From: Scyliorhinus canicula
Taxonomy: Eukaryota
NCBI RefSeq assembly: GCF_902713615.1
Contig: NC_052149.1
Location: 125,801,256-125,865,255 of the forward strand
DNA: 64,000 nucleotides
Direction: 5' to 3'
The notes beneath the pieces were generated by a model. That model did no database searches, had not been told where the DNA came from, and worked only from the letters and a program-made list of their open reading frames with translations. Shown here in pieces: positions 10,196 through 21,760 of the stretch. Made by a program: the position numbers and the translations under genes. How positions within the stretch are numbered: the stretch's first letter is position 1; each line of letters begins with the position of its first letter.

Positions 10196-11937
10196 TGACC
10201 TGTTACCCCTAACCTCACTGACCTGTTACCCCTAACCTCACTGACCTGTTTCCCCTAACCTCACTGACCTGTTACCCCTAACCTCACTGACCTGTTTCCC
10301 CTAACCTCACTGACCTGTTACCCCTAACCTCACTGACCTGTTTCCCGGGTGCCTGTGACCTGTTACCCCTAACCTCACTGACCTGTTACCCCTAACCTCA
10401 CTGACCTGTTACCCCTAACCTCACTGACCTGTTTCCCGGGTGCCTGTGACCTGTTACCCCAGACCTCACTGACCTGTTACCCCAGACCTCACTGACCTGT
10501 TACCCCTAACCTCACTGACCTGTTACCCCAGACCTCACTGACCTGTTACCCCTAACCTCACTGACCTGTTTCCCGGGTGCCTGTGACCTGTTACCCCAGA
10601 CCTCACTGACCTGTTACCCCAGACCTCACTGACCTGTTACCCCTAACCTCACTGACCTGTTTCCCGGGTGCCTGTGACCTGTTACCCCAGACCTCACTGA
10701 CATGTTACCCCAGACCTCACTGACCTGTTACCCCTAACCTCACTGACCTGTTACCCCAGACCTCACTGACCTGTTACCCCTAACCTCACTGACCTGTTTC
10801 CCGGGTGCCTGTGACCTGTTACCCCTAACCTCACTGACCTGTTACCCCTAACCTCACTGACCTGTTACCCCTAACCTCACTGACCTGTTTCCCGGGTGCC
10901 TGTGATCTGTTACCCCAGACCTCACTGACCTGTTACCCCTAACCTCACTGACCTGTTACCCCAGACCTCACTGACCTGTTACCCCTAACCTCACTGACCT
11001 GTTTCCCGGGTGCCTGTGACCTGTTACCCCAGACCTCACTGACCTGTTACCCCTAACCTCACTGACCTGTTACCCCTAACCTCACTGACCTGTTACCCCA
11101 GACCTCACTGACCTGTTACCCCTAACCTCACTGACCTGTTTTCCGGGTGCCTGTGACCTGTTACCCCCTAACCTCACTGACCTGTTACCCCTAACCTCAC
11201 TGACCTGTTACCCCAGACCTCACTGACCTGTTACCCCTAACCTCACTGACCTGTTACCCCAGACCTCACTGACCTGTTACCCCTAACCTCACTGACCTGT
11301 TACCCCAGACCTCACTGACCTGTTACCCCTAACCTCACTGACCTGTTACCCCAGACCTCACTGACCTGTTACCCCTAACCTCACTGACCTGTTACCCCTA
11401 ACCTCACTGACCTGTTACCCCAGACCTCACTGACCTGTTACCCCTAACCTCACTGACCTGTTTCCCGGGTGCCTGTGACCTGTTACCCCCTAACCTCACT
11501 GACCTGTTACCCCTAACCTCACTGAGCTGTTTCCCGGGTGCCTGTGACCTGTTACCCCGAACCTCACTGAGCTGTTTCCCGGGTGCCTGTGACCTTTTAC
11601 CCCTAACCTCACTGACCTGTTTCCCGGGTGCCTGTGACCTGTTACCCCTAACCTCACTGACCTGTTACCCCTAACCTCACTGACCTGTTACCCCTAACCT
11701 CACTGACCTGTTACCCCTAACCTCACTGAGCTGTTTCCCGGGTGCCTGTGACCTGTTACCCCTAACCTCACTGACCTGTTACCCCTAACCTCACTGACCT
11801 GTTACCCCTAACCTCACTGACCTGTTTCCCGGGTGCCTGTGACCTGTTACCCCTAACCTCACTGACCTGTTACCCCTAACCTCACTGACCTGTTACCCCT
11901 AACCTCACTGACCTGTTACCCCTAACCTCACTGACCT
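10196..11937. repeat. 22/23-bp multi-variant minisatellite, about 75 units (resumes 12820-12885)
   Basis: Unit types tgttacccctaacctcactgacc, tgttaccccagacctcactgacc and tgtttcccgggtgcctgtgacc are interspersed. Confidence 0.95.
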
Positions 11938-12819
11938 TGGGCGGAATTATCCGACCCCCCGCAGGGTCAGGGAATTGCCTGGGGCCGGTGTAAATCCCAC
12001 CCCCGCCGTGGCCGGAATTCTCTGCCACCCGGGAATCGACAGGGGCGGGAGTCACGCCCTGCCGGTCGGCGGGCCCCCTGCAGCGATTCTTCGGCCCGGG
12101 GTGGGGTGAAGTCCCGCCGCTGTCAGGCCTCTCCCGCCGACGTGGTTTAAACCACCTCTGTGCCGGCGGGATTGGTGGCGCGGGCGGGCCCCTGGGGTCT
12201 TGTCCAAGTCTGGAGAGTTTGCTAATTTCCTGTCACTTGTACAATTGAAAGGAATATTTTTATGAATTTTTATAAATGCAACATTTTTGTAGTTTGAGTG
12301 GGCAGATGTTGTGCATTTTTGCAGTGTGTTTTTACTTTCTGGAGACTTTGTATACTGACATGCATGCTGAAAATGCTTGAGATTAAACTGGGGTCCGGGG
12401 GGGCAATCGGACATCGGGGGTGCCCCCACGGTGGCCTGGCCCGTGATTGGGGCCCACCGATCGGTGGGCGGGCCTGGGCCGTGGGGGCACTCTTTTTCTT
12501 CCGTCGCCGCCACGGCCTCCACCATGGAGGAGGCGGAAGAGACACCCTCCACCGCGCATGCGCCAGTGGTGACGTCAGCGGCCACTGATGCTCTAGCGCA
12601 TGCGCGGACTCACGCCGACCGGCGAAGGCCTTTCGGCCAGCCCCGATGCCGGACAGCGTGGCGCCAAAGGCAGTCAGCGGAGCGGGAGCCACTCTGGCGC
12701 GGGCGGAGAATTCCGCACCTTTGGGGAGGCCCGACGCCGGAGTGGTTGGCGCCAATCCGCTACGCCGGGACCCCCCCCCCCCCCCCCCCGCCCTGCCGGG
12801 TAGGGGAGAATTCCGCCCA
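11938..12819. mobile_element. GC-rich non-autonomous TIR element (MITE-like)
   Basis: tgggcggaattatcc at the left and ggagaattccgccca at the right (15-bp TIR, 1 mismatch); the minisatellite continues on both sides. Confidence 0.8.
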
Positions 12820-13653
12820 TGTTTCCCGGGTGCCTGTGACCTATTACCCCAGACCTCACTGAACTGTAACCCCTTACCTCACTGACCCACAATCTCTGTC
12901 CTCCAATTACCTTCATGGAAGCGTCATTCCTCCCTACCCTTGTGTTCTGCTGCAGACTCACATTGTCTCCCTCACCCCTCCATCTTCTGACTCTGGTCTC
13001 CTGCCCATCGCTGTTTGCTTCATCCCACCATTGGCAGCAGAGCTTTCAGACGCCTTGGCTCCGCTCTCTGAACTCTGACCTTTAATCTCTTCCCCTCTCC
13101 TGGCTTCTCTTTTCTCCATCAAACTCCATCTGTTCACCTCAGCCTTTTATCAATCTTCCTAATGTCCTCCCAACCCCTTCCCCGCTACTCTTACTGCCTC
13201 TCTGTGAAATATCCTGGGATGTTTTTACACATTAAGGCGCTAGATAAATTCAGGTTGCGAGTAGATTCCGGGTGGGGACAAAAGTGGACAAAATGGTGAT
13301 GGATCTTGCAGTCAAATATCCTGCTGAGAGGGTCCAGAATGCCACACACAAAATAGGGAAGTAGGGTGGAGTTTTAAAAATGTTTCCATTTCTGGGACTT
13401 GGGGGTCACGATCCAGAACAGCTTTTATTGCCCATCCCTAATTCTCCTTGGAAAGGTGCTTGAACCGCTGCAGGCCCTTTGGTGTAGGAACATCCACTGT
13501 GCAGTTAGGGAGGGAGTTCCAGGACTTTGACCCAGTGACAGTGAAGGAACGGCGATATATTTCCAAGTCAGAATGGTGAGTAACTTGGAGGGAAACTTAC
13601 AGATGATGATGCTCCACTTATCTGCTGCCCTTGTCTCTCTGGATGTCTCTCTT

Positions 13654-13956
13654 TGATGTACCATCAATCGGACTCGAGTCGTGAAGAAGTTCCAAATATC
13701 AGGCTTTAATGAACTAGTTGTGTGCCCGGCAGTCGACTTACAGAGAAAGGCCGACTGTCGGCTGTTACGGGTTCTTATACCCCGCCTCGTAGGAGGGGCT
13801 ACCAGCCTCTCGGCCAATCGGCGAGCAGTCACATGACTAGCCTCAGCCACTTGGCAGAGAGGCACATGACCTGCCTGAGTCAATGGGCAGCGAGTCCTCT
13901 GCACCAATGGCAGCACTGCTCTGAGGTAGCATAAACCTCCTAGTCATACCACCACA
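13654..13956 (-). repeat. 3' LTR of Gypsy element
   Basis: About 14 differences in 303 bp versus 22652-22954 (hand count); TATA-like tataagaa and ATTAAA on the minus strand. Confidence 0.95.
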
Positions 13957-14295
13957 TTCACCCCTTGTGGAGAAAGAAGCCGGAGGGGGAGAGAGAGGAG
14001 GAGCAAGAAAAGCGGGGGTGGGGGGGTGGGGGGGTGTGTGGTTGGGGGGGGGTGGGGGTGTCAGACTGGCGGTCTGACTAGAGAGAATGAGGTGTACCTG
14101 GTGTATCTGGTGGCTGCCCACTGGCCCGCGACAATGTGCAACAGAACAGCAATACACAATTCACTTCTGAACAACGAGGGATAAGCAAAACAAAAGAGAA
14201 AGCGAGAAAGAAAAAAGACGTGCAACTTTGTACGTGGGAACACTGAACAACACGAAGAGTCCAATAAAGTCCAGTGGAACATCAGATCGACTCGA

Positions 14296-17080
14296 TCAGT
14301 CTGACGGGCATCCTCGATGTTCTGCTGGACCGTCGCAGCGGTGCCGGTGACGTCGGGTCGGTGGTCGTGCGTGACTCCGGGAGCGGCGGTCGTGGTCCTG
14401 TGTTCGTACCCCTGGTCGGTGCGAATGGAGCTCTGATTGGGGGAGGGGGTTCCTGTGCGCTGAGTTGCGGGGGCGCTGGGGGCGCCGGGGCGGTTGGGAC
14501 TGGAGGGGGGGGTGTGGCCACACACCGGCGGGTGCCAGGTCCCGAAGGGAGACCGTGTCCTGCCGACCGTCGGGATACTCCACATACGCGTACTGCGGGT
14601 TGGCGTGGAGTAACTGGACCATGTCAACCAACGGGTCGGACTTGTGCACCCGCACATGCTTCCGGAGCAAGATGGGCCCGAGGGTGGCCAGCCAGGTCGG
14701 GAGCGGGGATCCTGAGGATGACCTCCTAGGGAAAACAAGAAGACGTTCATGAGGTGTTTGGTTCGTGGCAGTGCAGAGGACAGACCGAATCAAGTGTAGG
14801 ACGTCTGGGAGAACCTCTTGCCAGTGGGAGATCGGGAGATGTCTGGAACGCAGGGCCAGTAGGACGGTCTTCCAGATCGTACCATTCTCCCGCTCGACCT
14901 GACCGTTACCCTGGGGGTTATAACTGGTCGTCCTGCTAGAGGCGATGCCCCTGCTAAGCAGGAATTGACGCAGTTCGTTGCTCATAAAGGAGGACCCCCG
15001 GTCGCTGTGGATGTACGCGGGGTAACCGAACAGGGAGAAAATGGAGAGGAGGGCCTTGATGACGGTTGTCGTGGTCATGTCGGGGCAGGGGATGGCAAAA
15101 GGGAAGCGGGAGTACGCGTCAATCACACTTAGAAAGTAGATGTTGCGGTTGTTGGATGGGAGGGGACCCTTGAAGTCCATACTAAGACGTTCGAAAGGGC
15201 GGGACGCCTTTACCAGATGCGCTTGCTCGGGGCGGTAGAAGTGCGGTTTGCACTCTGCGCAGATGTGGCAGTCCCTGGTCACGGTCCTGACCTCCTCAAT
15301 GGAGTAGGGCAGGTTGCGGGTCTTAATGAAGTGGTAGAAGCGGGTTACCCCTGGGTGGCAGAGGTCCGCGTGGAGGGTGCGGAGGCGGTTAATCTGCGCG
15401 CTGGCTCAGGTACCGCGGGATAGGGCATCAGGAGGTTCGTTGAGCTTCCCAGGACGATACAAGATATCGTAGTTATACGTGGACAACTCGATCCGCCACC
15501 GCAATATCTTGTCGTTCTTGATCTTGCCCCTCTGTGCATTGTCAAACATAAAGGCCACTGACCGTTGGTCTGTGAGGAGGGTAAACCTCCTGCCGGCCAG
15601 ATAGTGCCTCCAATGTCGCACAGCTTCAACTATGGCCTGTGCCTCCTTTTCCACCGAGGAATGGCGGAGTTCGGAAGCGTGGAGGGTCCGGGAGAAGAAG
15701 GCCAAGGGTCTGCCCGCTTGGTTCAGGGTGGCCGCCAGAGCTACATCAGACGCGTCGCTCTCGATCTGGAATGGGAGGGACTCGTCGATAGCATGCATCG
15801 TGGCCTTTGCGATATCCGCTTTGATGCGGCTAAAGGCCTGGCGGGCCTCCATCGACAGGGGAAACGTGTTGGATTGGATGAGGGGGCGGGCTTTGTCGGC
15901 GGAGTTGGGGACCCACTGGGCGTAATATGAGAAGAACCCCAGGCAGCGTTTGAGGGCTTGGCGGGAGTTGGGGAGGGGAAGTTCCATCAGGGGGCGCATG
16001 CGTTCGGGGTCGGGGCCTATCACTCCGTTACGCACTACGTAGCCGAGGATGGCTAGACGGTCAGTGCGAAACACGCACTTATCTTTATTATATGTGAGGT
16101 TAAGGAGTTTTGATGTTCGGAGGAATTTACGGAGGTTGGTGTCGTGGTCCTGCTGGTCATGGCCGCAGATGGTGACATTATTGAGATACGGGAAGGTTGC
16201 CCGTAAACCGTATTGGTCCACCATTCGGTCCATCTCCCGTTGGAAGACCGAGACCCCATTTGTGACACCGAATGGAATCCTTAGAAAGTGGTAGAGGCGC
16301 CCATCCGCCTCGAACGCAGTGTACGTCCGGTCACTCGCGCGGATGGAGAGCTGGTCATAGGCGGACTTAAGGTCCACCGTGGAGAAGACTTTGTACTTCG
16401 CAATCCTGTTAACCAGATCGGAGATACGGGTGAGAGGATACGCGTCCAGCTGCGTAAACCTGTTGATGGTCTGACTGTAGTCAATGACCATCTAGTTTTT
16501 CTCCCCAGTCCTAACCAGCAGCACTTGGGCTCGCCAGGGACTGTTGCTGGCCTCAATGACTCCTTCCTTCAGCAGCCTTTGGACCTCGGACCTGATGAAG
16601 GTCCGGTCCTGGGCACTGTATCGTCTGCTCCTAGTGGCGACGGGCTTGGAATCCGGGGTGAGGTTCGCAAACAAGGAAGGGGGGGTCCACTTTGAGGGAC
16701 GCAAGGCTGCAGACAGTAAGGGGGGAATAGGGCTGCCGAATTTGAAGGTTAAGCTCTGCAGGTTGCACTGGAAATCCAGTCCTAAAGGTGCCGGTGCGCA
16801 GAGACGGGGAAGGACGAGGAGTTTGTAATTTTAAAAACCCTCCCCTGGACCGTGAGGTCCGCTACGCAGCACCCGGTGATTTTGACGGAGTGTGAACCTG
16901 AAGCCAGGGCGATTTTGTGCTTAACCGGGTGAACGGGGAGCGCGCAGCGTCTTACCGTATCGGGGTGGACAAAACTCTCTGTGCTCCCGGAGTCGAGTAG
17001 GCAGCTCGTTTCGTGTCCATTGAGGAAAATTTACGTAGTCGCCGTGGAGAGCGTGCGGGGCCGCGATTGGTCCAGTGTCA
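14296..17080 (-). pseudogene. Gypsy pol (protease, RT, RNase H, integrase), disrupted
   Basis: CLLDSGST protease; stop at 16492-16494; RT with YLNN at the catalytic motif; RNase H IESDASD; frameshift near 15340; integrase C..C, SMDFKG, HSDRG, NGQVERENG. Confidence 0.92.
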
Positions 17081-17190
17081 CTGCAGCGAGTCGTGGCAGG
17101 AGTTTAGAGAGAGAGAAATACAGCACAGAACAGGCCCTTCGGCCCACGATGTTGCGCCGAACTTTTGTCCTAGGTTAATCATAGAATTTT

Positions 17191-17387
17191 GGACAATTTG
17201 TCATGGCCAATCCACCCAACCTGCACATCTTTGGACTGTGGGAGGAAACCGGAGTACCCGGAGGAAACCCACGCAGTCACGGGGAGGATGTGCAGACTCC
17301 ACACAGACAGTGACCCAAGTCGAAATCGAACTTGGGACCCTGGAGCTGTGAAGCAATTGTGCTATCCACAATGCTACCGTGCTGCCC
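17191..17387 (-). mobile_element. HE1-type SINE segment embedded in the CR1 3' UTR
   Basis: gggcagcacggtagc head, B box and V core lying between the ORF2 stop and the terminal ggccgaagggcctgttctgtgctgt tail. Confidence 0.85.
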
Positions 17388-17420
17388 TTAAGAAGTTAAC
17401 CTACACTCCCTTATTCTACC

Positions 17421-20225
17421 CTAATCCAAGTACCTATCCAATAGCCGCTTGAAGGTCCATAAATTTTCCGACTCAACTACTACCACAGGCAGTGCATTCC
17501 ATGCCCCCACTACTCTCTGGGTAAAGAACCTACCTCTGACATCCCCTCTATATCTTCCACCATTTATCTTAAATTTATGTCCCCTTGTAATGGTGTGTTC
17601 CACCCGGGGAAAAAGTCTCTGACTGTCTACTCTATCTATTCCCCTGATCATCTTATAAACCTCTATCAAGTCGCCCCTCATCCTTCTCCGTTCCAATGAG
17701 AAAAGGCCCAGCACCCTCAATCTTTCCTCGCATGACCTACTCTCCATTCCAGGCAACATCCTGGTAAATCTCCTCTGCACCTTTTCCAAAGCTTCCACAT
17801 CCTTCCTAAAATGAGGTGACCAGAACTGCACACAGTACTCCAAATGTGGCCTGACCAAGGTTTTGTACAGCTGCATCATCACCTCACGGCTCTTAAATTC
17901 AATCCCTCTGCTAATGAACGCTAGCACACCATAGGCCTTCTTCACAGCTCTATCCACTTGAGTGGCAACTTTCAAAGAACAATGAACATAGACCCCAAGA
18001 TCTCTCTGCTCCTCCACATTGCCAAGAACCCTACCATTAACCCTGTATTCCGCATTCAGATTTGTCCTTCCAAAATGGACAACCTCACACTTGTCAGGGT
18101 TAAACTCCATCTGCCACTTCTCAGCCCAGCTCTGCATTCTATCTATGTCTCTTTGAAGCCGACAACAGCCCTCCTCACTATCCGCAACTCCACCAATCTT
18201 CGTATCATCTGCAAATTTACTGACCCACCCTTCAACTCCCTCATCCAAGTCGTTAATGAAGATCACAAACAGCAGAGGACCCAGAACTGATCCCTGCGGT
18301 ACGCCACTGATAACTGGGCTCCAGGCTGAATATTTGCCATCCACCACAACTCTCTGTCTTCTATCGGTTAGCCAGTTTGTTATCCAACTGGCCAAATTTC
18401 CCACTATCCCATGCCTCCTTACTTTCTGCATAAGCCTACCATGGGGAACCTTATCAAATGCCTTACTAAAATCCATGTACACTACATCCACTGCTTTACC
18501 TTCATCCACATGCTTGGTCACCTCCTCAAAGAATTCAATAAGACTTGTAAGGCAAGGCCTACCCCTCACAAATCCGTGCTGACTATCCCTAATCAAGCAA
18601 TGCCTTTCCAGATGCTCAGAAATCCTATCCCTCAGTACCCTTTCCATTACTTTGCCTACCACCGAAGTAAGACTAACTGGCCTGTAATTCCCAGGGTTAT
18701 CCCTATTCCCTTTTTTGAACAGGGGCACGACATTCGCCACTCTCCAATCCTCTGGTACCACCCCTGTTGACAGCGAGGACGAAAAGATCATTGCCAACGG
18801 CTCTGCAATTTCATTTCTTGCTTCCCATAGAATCCTTGGATATATCCCGTCAGGCCCGGGGGACTTGTCTATCCTCAAGTTTTTCAAAACGCGCAACACA
18901 TCTTCCTTCCTGACAAGTATCTCCTCAAGCTTATCAGTCTGCTTCACGCTGTCCTCTCCAACAATATGGCCCCTCTCATTTGTAAATACTGAAGAAAAAT
19001 ACTTGTTCAAGACCTCTCCTATCTCTTCAGACTCAATACACAATCTCCCGCTACTGTCCTTAATCGGACCTACTCTCACTCTAGTCATTCTCATATTTCT
19101 CACGTATGTGTAAAAGGCCTTGAGGTTTTCCTTGATCCTACCCACCAAAGATTTTTCATGCCCTCTCTTAGCTCTCCTAATCCCTTTCTTCAGTTCCCTC
19201 CTGGCTATCTTGTATCCCTCCAGCGCCCTGTCTGAACCTTGTTTCTTCAGCCTTACATAAGTCTCCTTCTTCCTCTTAACAAGACATTCAACCTCTCTTG
19301 TCAACCATGGTTCCCTCACTCGACCATCTCTTCCCTGCCTGACAGGGACATACATATCAAAGACACGCAGTACCTGATCCTTGAACAAGTTCCACATTTC
19401 ACTTGTGTCCTTCCCTGACAGCCTATGTTCCCAACTTCTGCACTTCAATTCTTGTCTGACAGCATTGTATTTACCCTTCCCCCAATTATAAACCTTGCCC
19501 TGTTGCTCGCACCTATCCCTCTCCATTACTAAAGTGAAAGTCACAGAATTGTGGTCACTACCTCCAAAATGCTCCCCCACTAACAAATCTATCACCTGCC
19601 CTGGTTCATTACCAAGTACTAAATCCAATATGGCCTCCCCTCTGGTCGGACAATCTACATACTGTGTTAGAAAAGCTTCCTGGACACACTGCACAAACAC
19701 TACCCCATCCAAACTATTTGATCTAAAGAGTTTCCACTCAATGTTTGGGAAGTTGAAGTCGCCCATGACTACTACCCTGTGACTTCTGCACCTTTCCAGA
19801 ATCTGTTTCCCAATCTGTTCCTCCACATCTCTGCTGCTATTGGGGGGCCTATAGAACACTCCCAACAAGGTGACTGCTCCTTTCCTATTTCTAACTTCAA
19901 CCCATATTACCTCAGTAGGCAGATCCCCCTCGAACTGCCTTTCTGCAGCTGTTATACTATCTCTAATTAACAATGCCACCCCCCCACCTCTTTTACCATC
20001 CTCCCTAATCTTGTTGAAACATCTATAACCAGGGACCTCCAACAACCATTTCTGGCCCTCTTCTATCCAAGTTTCCGTGATGGCCACCACATCGTAGTCC
20101 CAAGTACCGATCCATGCCTTAAGTTCACCCACCTTATTCCTGATGCTTCTTGCATTAAAGTATACACACTTCATCCCATCTCCTTGCCTGCAAGTACTCT
20201 CCTTTGTCATTGTTACCTTCCCCAC
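17421..20225 (-). CDS. CR1 ORF2: AP endonuclease + reverse transcriptase, 934 aa, open
   Basis: YFNARS, AITETW, GDFNFP and SDHN (APE); NYRPVSLTS, DFSKAFD, GVPQGSVLGP and KFADD (RT). Confidence 0.95.
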   Translation of the reverse strand: MGKVTMTKESTCRQGDGMKCVYFNARSIRNKVGELKAWIGTWDYDVVAITETWIEEGQKWLLEVPGYRCFNKIREDGKRGGGVALLIRDSITAAERQFEGDLPTEVIWVEVRNRKGAVTLLGVFYRPPNSSRDVEEQIGKQILERCRSHRVVVMGDFNFPNIEWKLFRSNSLDGVVFVQCVQEAFLTQYVDCPTRGEAILDLVLGNEPGQVIDLLVGEHFGGSDHNSVTFTLVMERDRCEQQGKVYNWGKGKYNAVRQELKCRSWEHRLSGKDTSEMWNLFKDQVLRVFDMYVPVRQGRDGRVREPWLTREVECLVKRKKETYVRLKKQGSDRALEGYKIARRELKKGIRRAKRGHEKSLVGRIKENLKAFYTYVRNMRMTRVRVGPIKDSSGRLCIESEEIGEVLNKYFSSVFTNERGHIVGEDSVKQTDKLEEILVRKEDVLRVLKNLRIDKSPGPDGIYPRILWEARNEIAEPLAMIFSSSLSTGVVPEDWRVANVVPLFKKGNRDNPGNYRPVSLTSVVGKVMERVLRDRISEHLERHCLIRDSQHGFVRGRPCLTSLIEFFEEVTKHVDEGKAVDVVYMDFSKAFDKVPHGRLMQKVRRHGIVGNLASWITNWLTDRRQRVVVDGKYSAWSPVISGVPQGSVLGPLLFVIFINDLDEGVEGWVSKFADDTKIGGVADSEEGCCRLQRDIDRMQSWAEKWQMEFNPDKCEVVHFGRTNLNAEYRVNGRVLGNVEEQRDLGVYVHCSLKVATQVDRAVKKAYGVLAFISRGIEFKSREVMMQLYKTLVRPHLEYCVQFWSPHFRKDVEALEKVQRRFTRMLPGMESRSCEERLRVLGLFSLERRRMRGDLIEVYKMIRGIDRVDSQRLFPRVEHTITRGHKFKINGGRYRGDVRGRFFTQRVVGAWNALPVVVVESENLWTFKRLLDRYLD

Positions 20226-20308
20226 TGCATCACTACGTGCTTTGGCGTCCTGACTATCGTCTACCTTAGTTGCTGGACTACAGATCCGGTTCCCATTCCC
20301 CTGCCAAA

Positions 20309-21244
20309 TTAGTTTAAACCCTCCCGAAGAGTACTAGAAAACCTCCCCCCCAGGATATTGGTGCCCCTCTGGTTCAGATGCAACCCGTCCTGCTTGTACA
20401 GGTCCCACCTTCCCCAGAATGCGCTCCAATTATCCAAATACCTGAAGCCCTCCCTCCTACACCATTCCTGCAGCCACGTGTTCAACTGCACTCTCTCCCT
20501 ATTCCTAGCCTCGCTATCACGTGGCACCGGCAACAAACCAGAGATGACAACTCTGTCTGTCCTGGCCCTTAACTTCCAGCCTAACTCCCTAAACTTGTTT
20601 ATTACCTCCACACCCTTTTTCCTACCTACATCGTTGGTACCAATGTGCACCACGACTTCTGGCTGCTCACCCTCCCCCTTCAGGATCCTGAAGACACGAT
20701 CAGAGACATCCCTGGCCCTGGCACCCGGGAGGCAACATACCTTTCGGGAGTCTCGCTCGTGACCACAGAATCTCCTATCTATTCCCCTAACCATTGAATC
20801 TCCTATTACTATTGCTTTTCTATGCTCCCCCCTTCCCTTCTGAGCCCCAGAGCCAGACTCAGTGCCAGAGACCTGGCCGCTGGGGCCTTCCCCCGGTAGG
20901 TCATCCCCCCCAACAGCATCCAAAACGGTATACTTGTTTTGAAGGGGAATGGCCACGAGGGATCCCTGCACTGTCTGCCTGTTAGTTTTCTTTCCCCTGA
21001 CTGTAACCCAGCTACTCTTGTCCAGTACCTTTGGTGTGGCTACCTCCCTGTAACTCTTCTCTATGACCCCCTCTGCCTCCCGGATGATCCGAAGTTCATC
21101 CAGCTCCAGCTCCAGTACCTTAACACGGTCTCTGAGGAGCTGGAGTTGGGTGCACTTCCCGCAGGTATAGTCAGCGGGGACACCAGTGGTATCCCTCACC
21201 ACCCACATCCTACAGGAGGAGCATGCAACTGCCCTAGCCTCCAT
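20309..21244 (-). CDS. CR1 ORF1: zinc-finger/coiled-coil + SGNH esterase, 311 aa, open
   Basis: CSSC..CGKC, leucine-rich helix, IVIGDSMVR, VHIGTND, DGLHLN. Confidence 0.93.
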   Translation of the reverse strand: MEARAVACSSCRMWVVRDTTGVPADYTCGKCTQLQLLRDRVKVLELELDELRIIREAEGVIEKSYREVATPKVLDKSSWVTVRGKKTNRQTVQGSLVAIPLQNKYTVLDAVGGDDLPGEGPSGQVSGTESGSGAQKGRGEHRKAIVIGDSMVRGIDRRFCGHERDSRKVCCLPGARARDVSDRVFRILKGEGEQPEVVVHIGTNDVGRKKGVEVINKFRELGWKLRARTDRVVISGLLPVPRDSEARNRERVQLNTWLQEWCRREGFRYLDNWSAFWGRWDLYKQDGLHLNQRGTNILGGRFSSTLREGLN

Positions 21245-21760
21245 CCCCTCTTACTTTACAGAATTAGCTGCCCTGTGGACCAACTGGACCTCCGCCCTCC
21301 GACTCTGCTCCCAGTCAGCTGTACTCTAAACTCCTGGTTCCCTTCACGCTCTTTGATAAATATAGGAAATGAAATGTAAGGAGCACCTTACTCCCTCCTC
21401 ACCTAACTCCCTCAGTCACCAAACTCTCACTGTAGCACTCAAATGCCACAAGCTCAGCACTCCCTCAGTCACCAAACTCTCACTGTAGCACTCAAATGCC
21501 ACAAGCTCAGCACTCAGTGCAAACAAAGTCTGCACTGTATCTAGCCCCTATTTATACTGTGACTCTAGCTTCTAAAAACTGGCCTAATGCAATTAACTAA
21601 TTAACAAGCTCCAGCTGCAAGTAAGTCCAAGTAGAACCTTGTTTAAAGCTGATTCAAAATTCACCTTCTTATAGACCAAACAGCAACTTTTAAGTTAATT
21701 AACTAAATAAAAGAAATACTAGACTTTAAATAACCCTTATACTCCCTCAGTCACCAAACT

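Larger units (their letters stand above)
9080..13200 (+). mobile_element. Old L2-type LINE 3' remnant, split (9080-9245 and about 12880-13200) by CR1, a minisatellite and a TIR element
   Basis: 9095-9130 resembles 27105-27150; ccaccattggcagcagagctttcag...ctctg at 13027-13075 is L2 3'-end-like. Confidence 0.55.
17107..21760 (-). mobile_element. Full-length CR1 LINE inserted at the gag-protease junction of the Gypsy
   Basis: 5' UTR with a duplicated block (21401-21515), ORF1, ORF2 and a 3' tail ending (ct)n. The Gypsy reads EKT|KLLPRLAAVTLDQ across the removed insert with no clear TSD. Confidence 0.95.
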
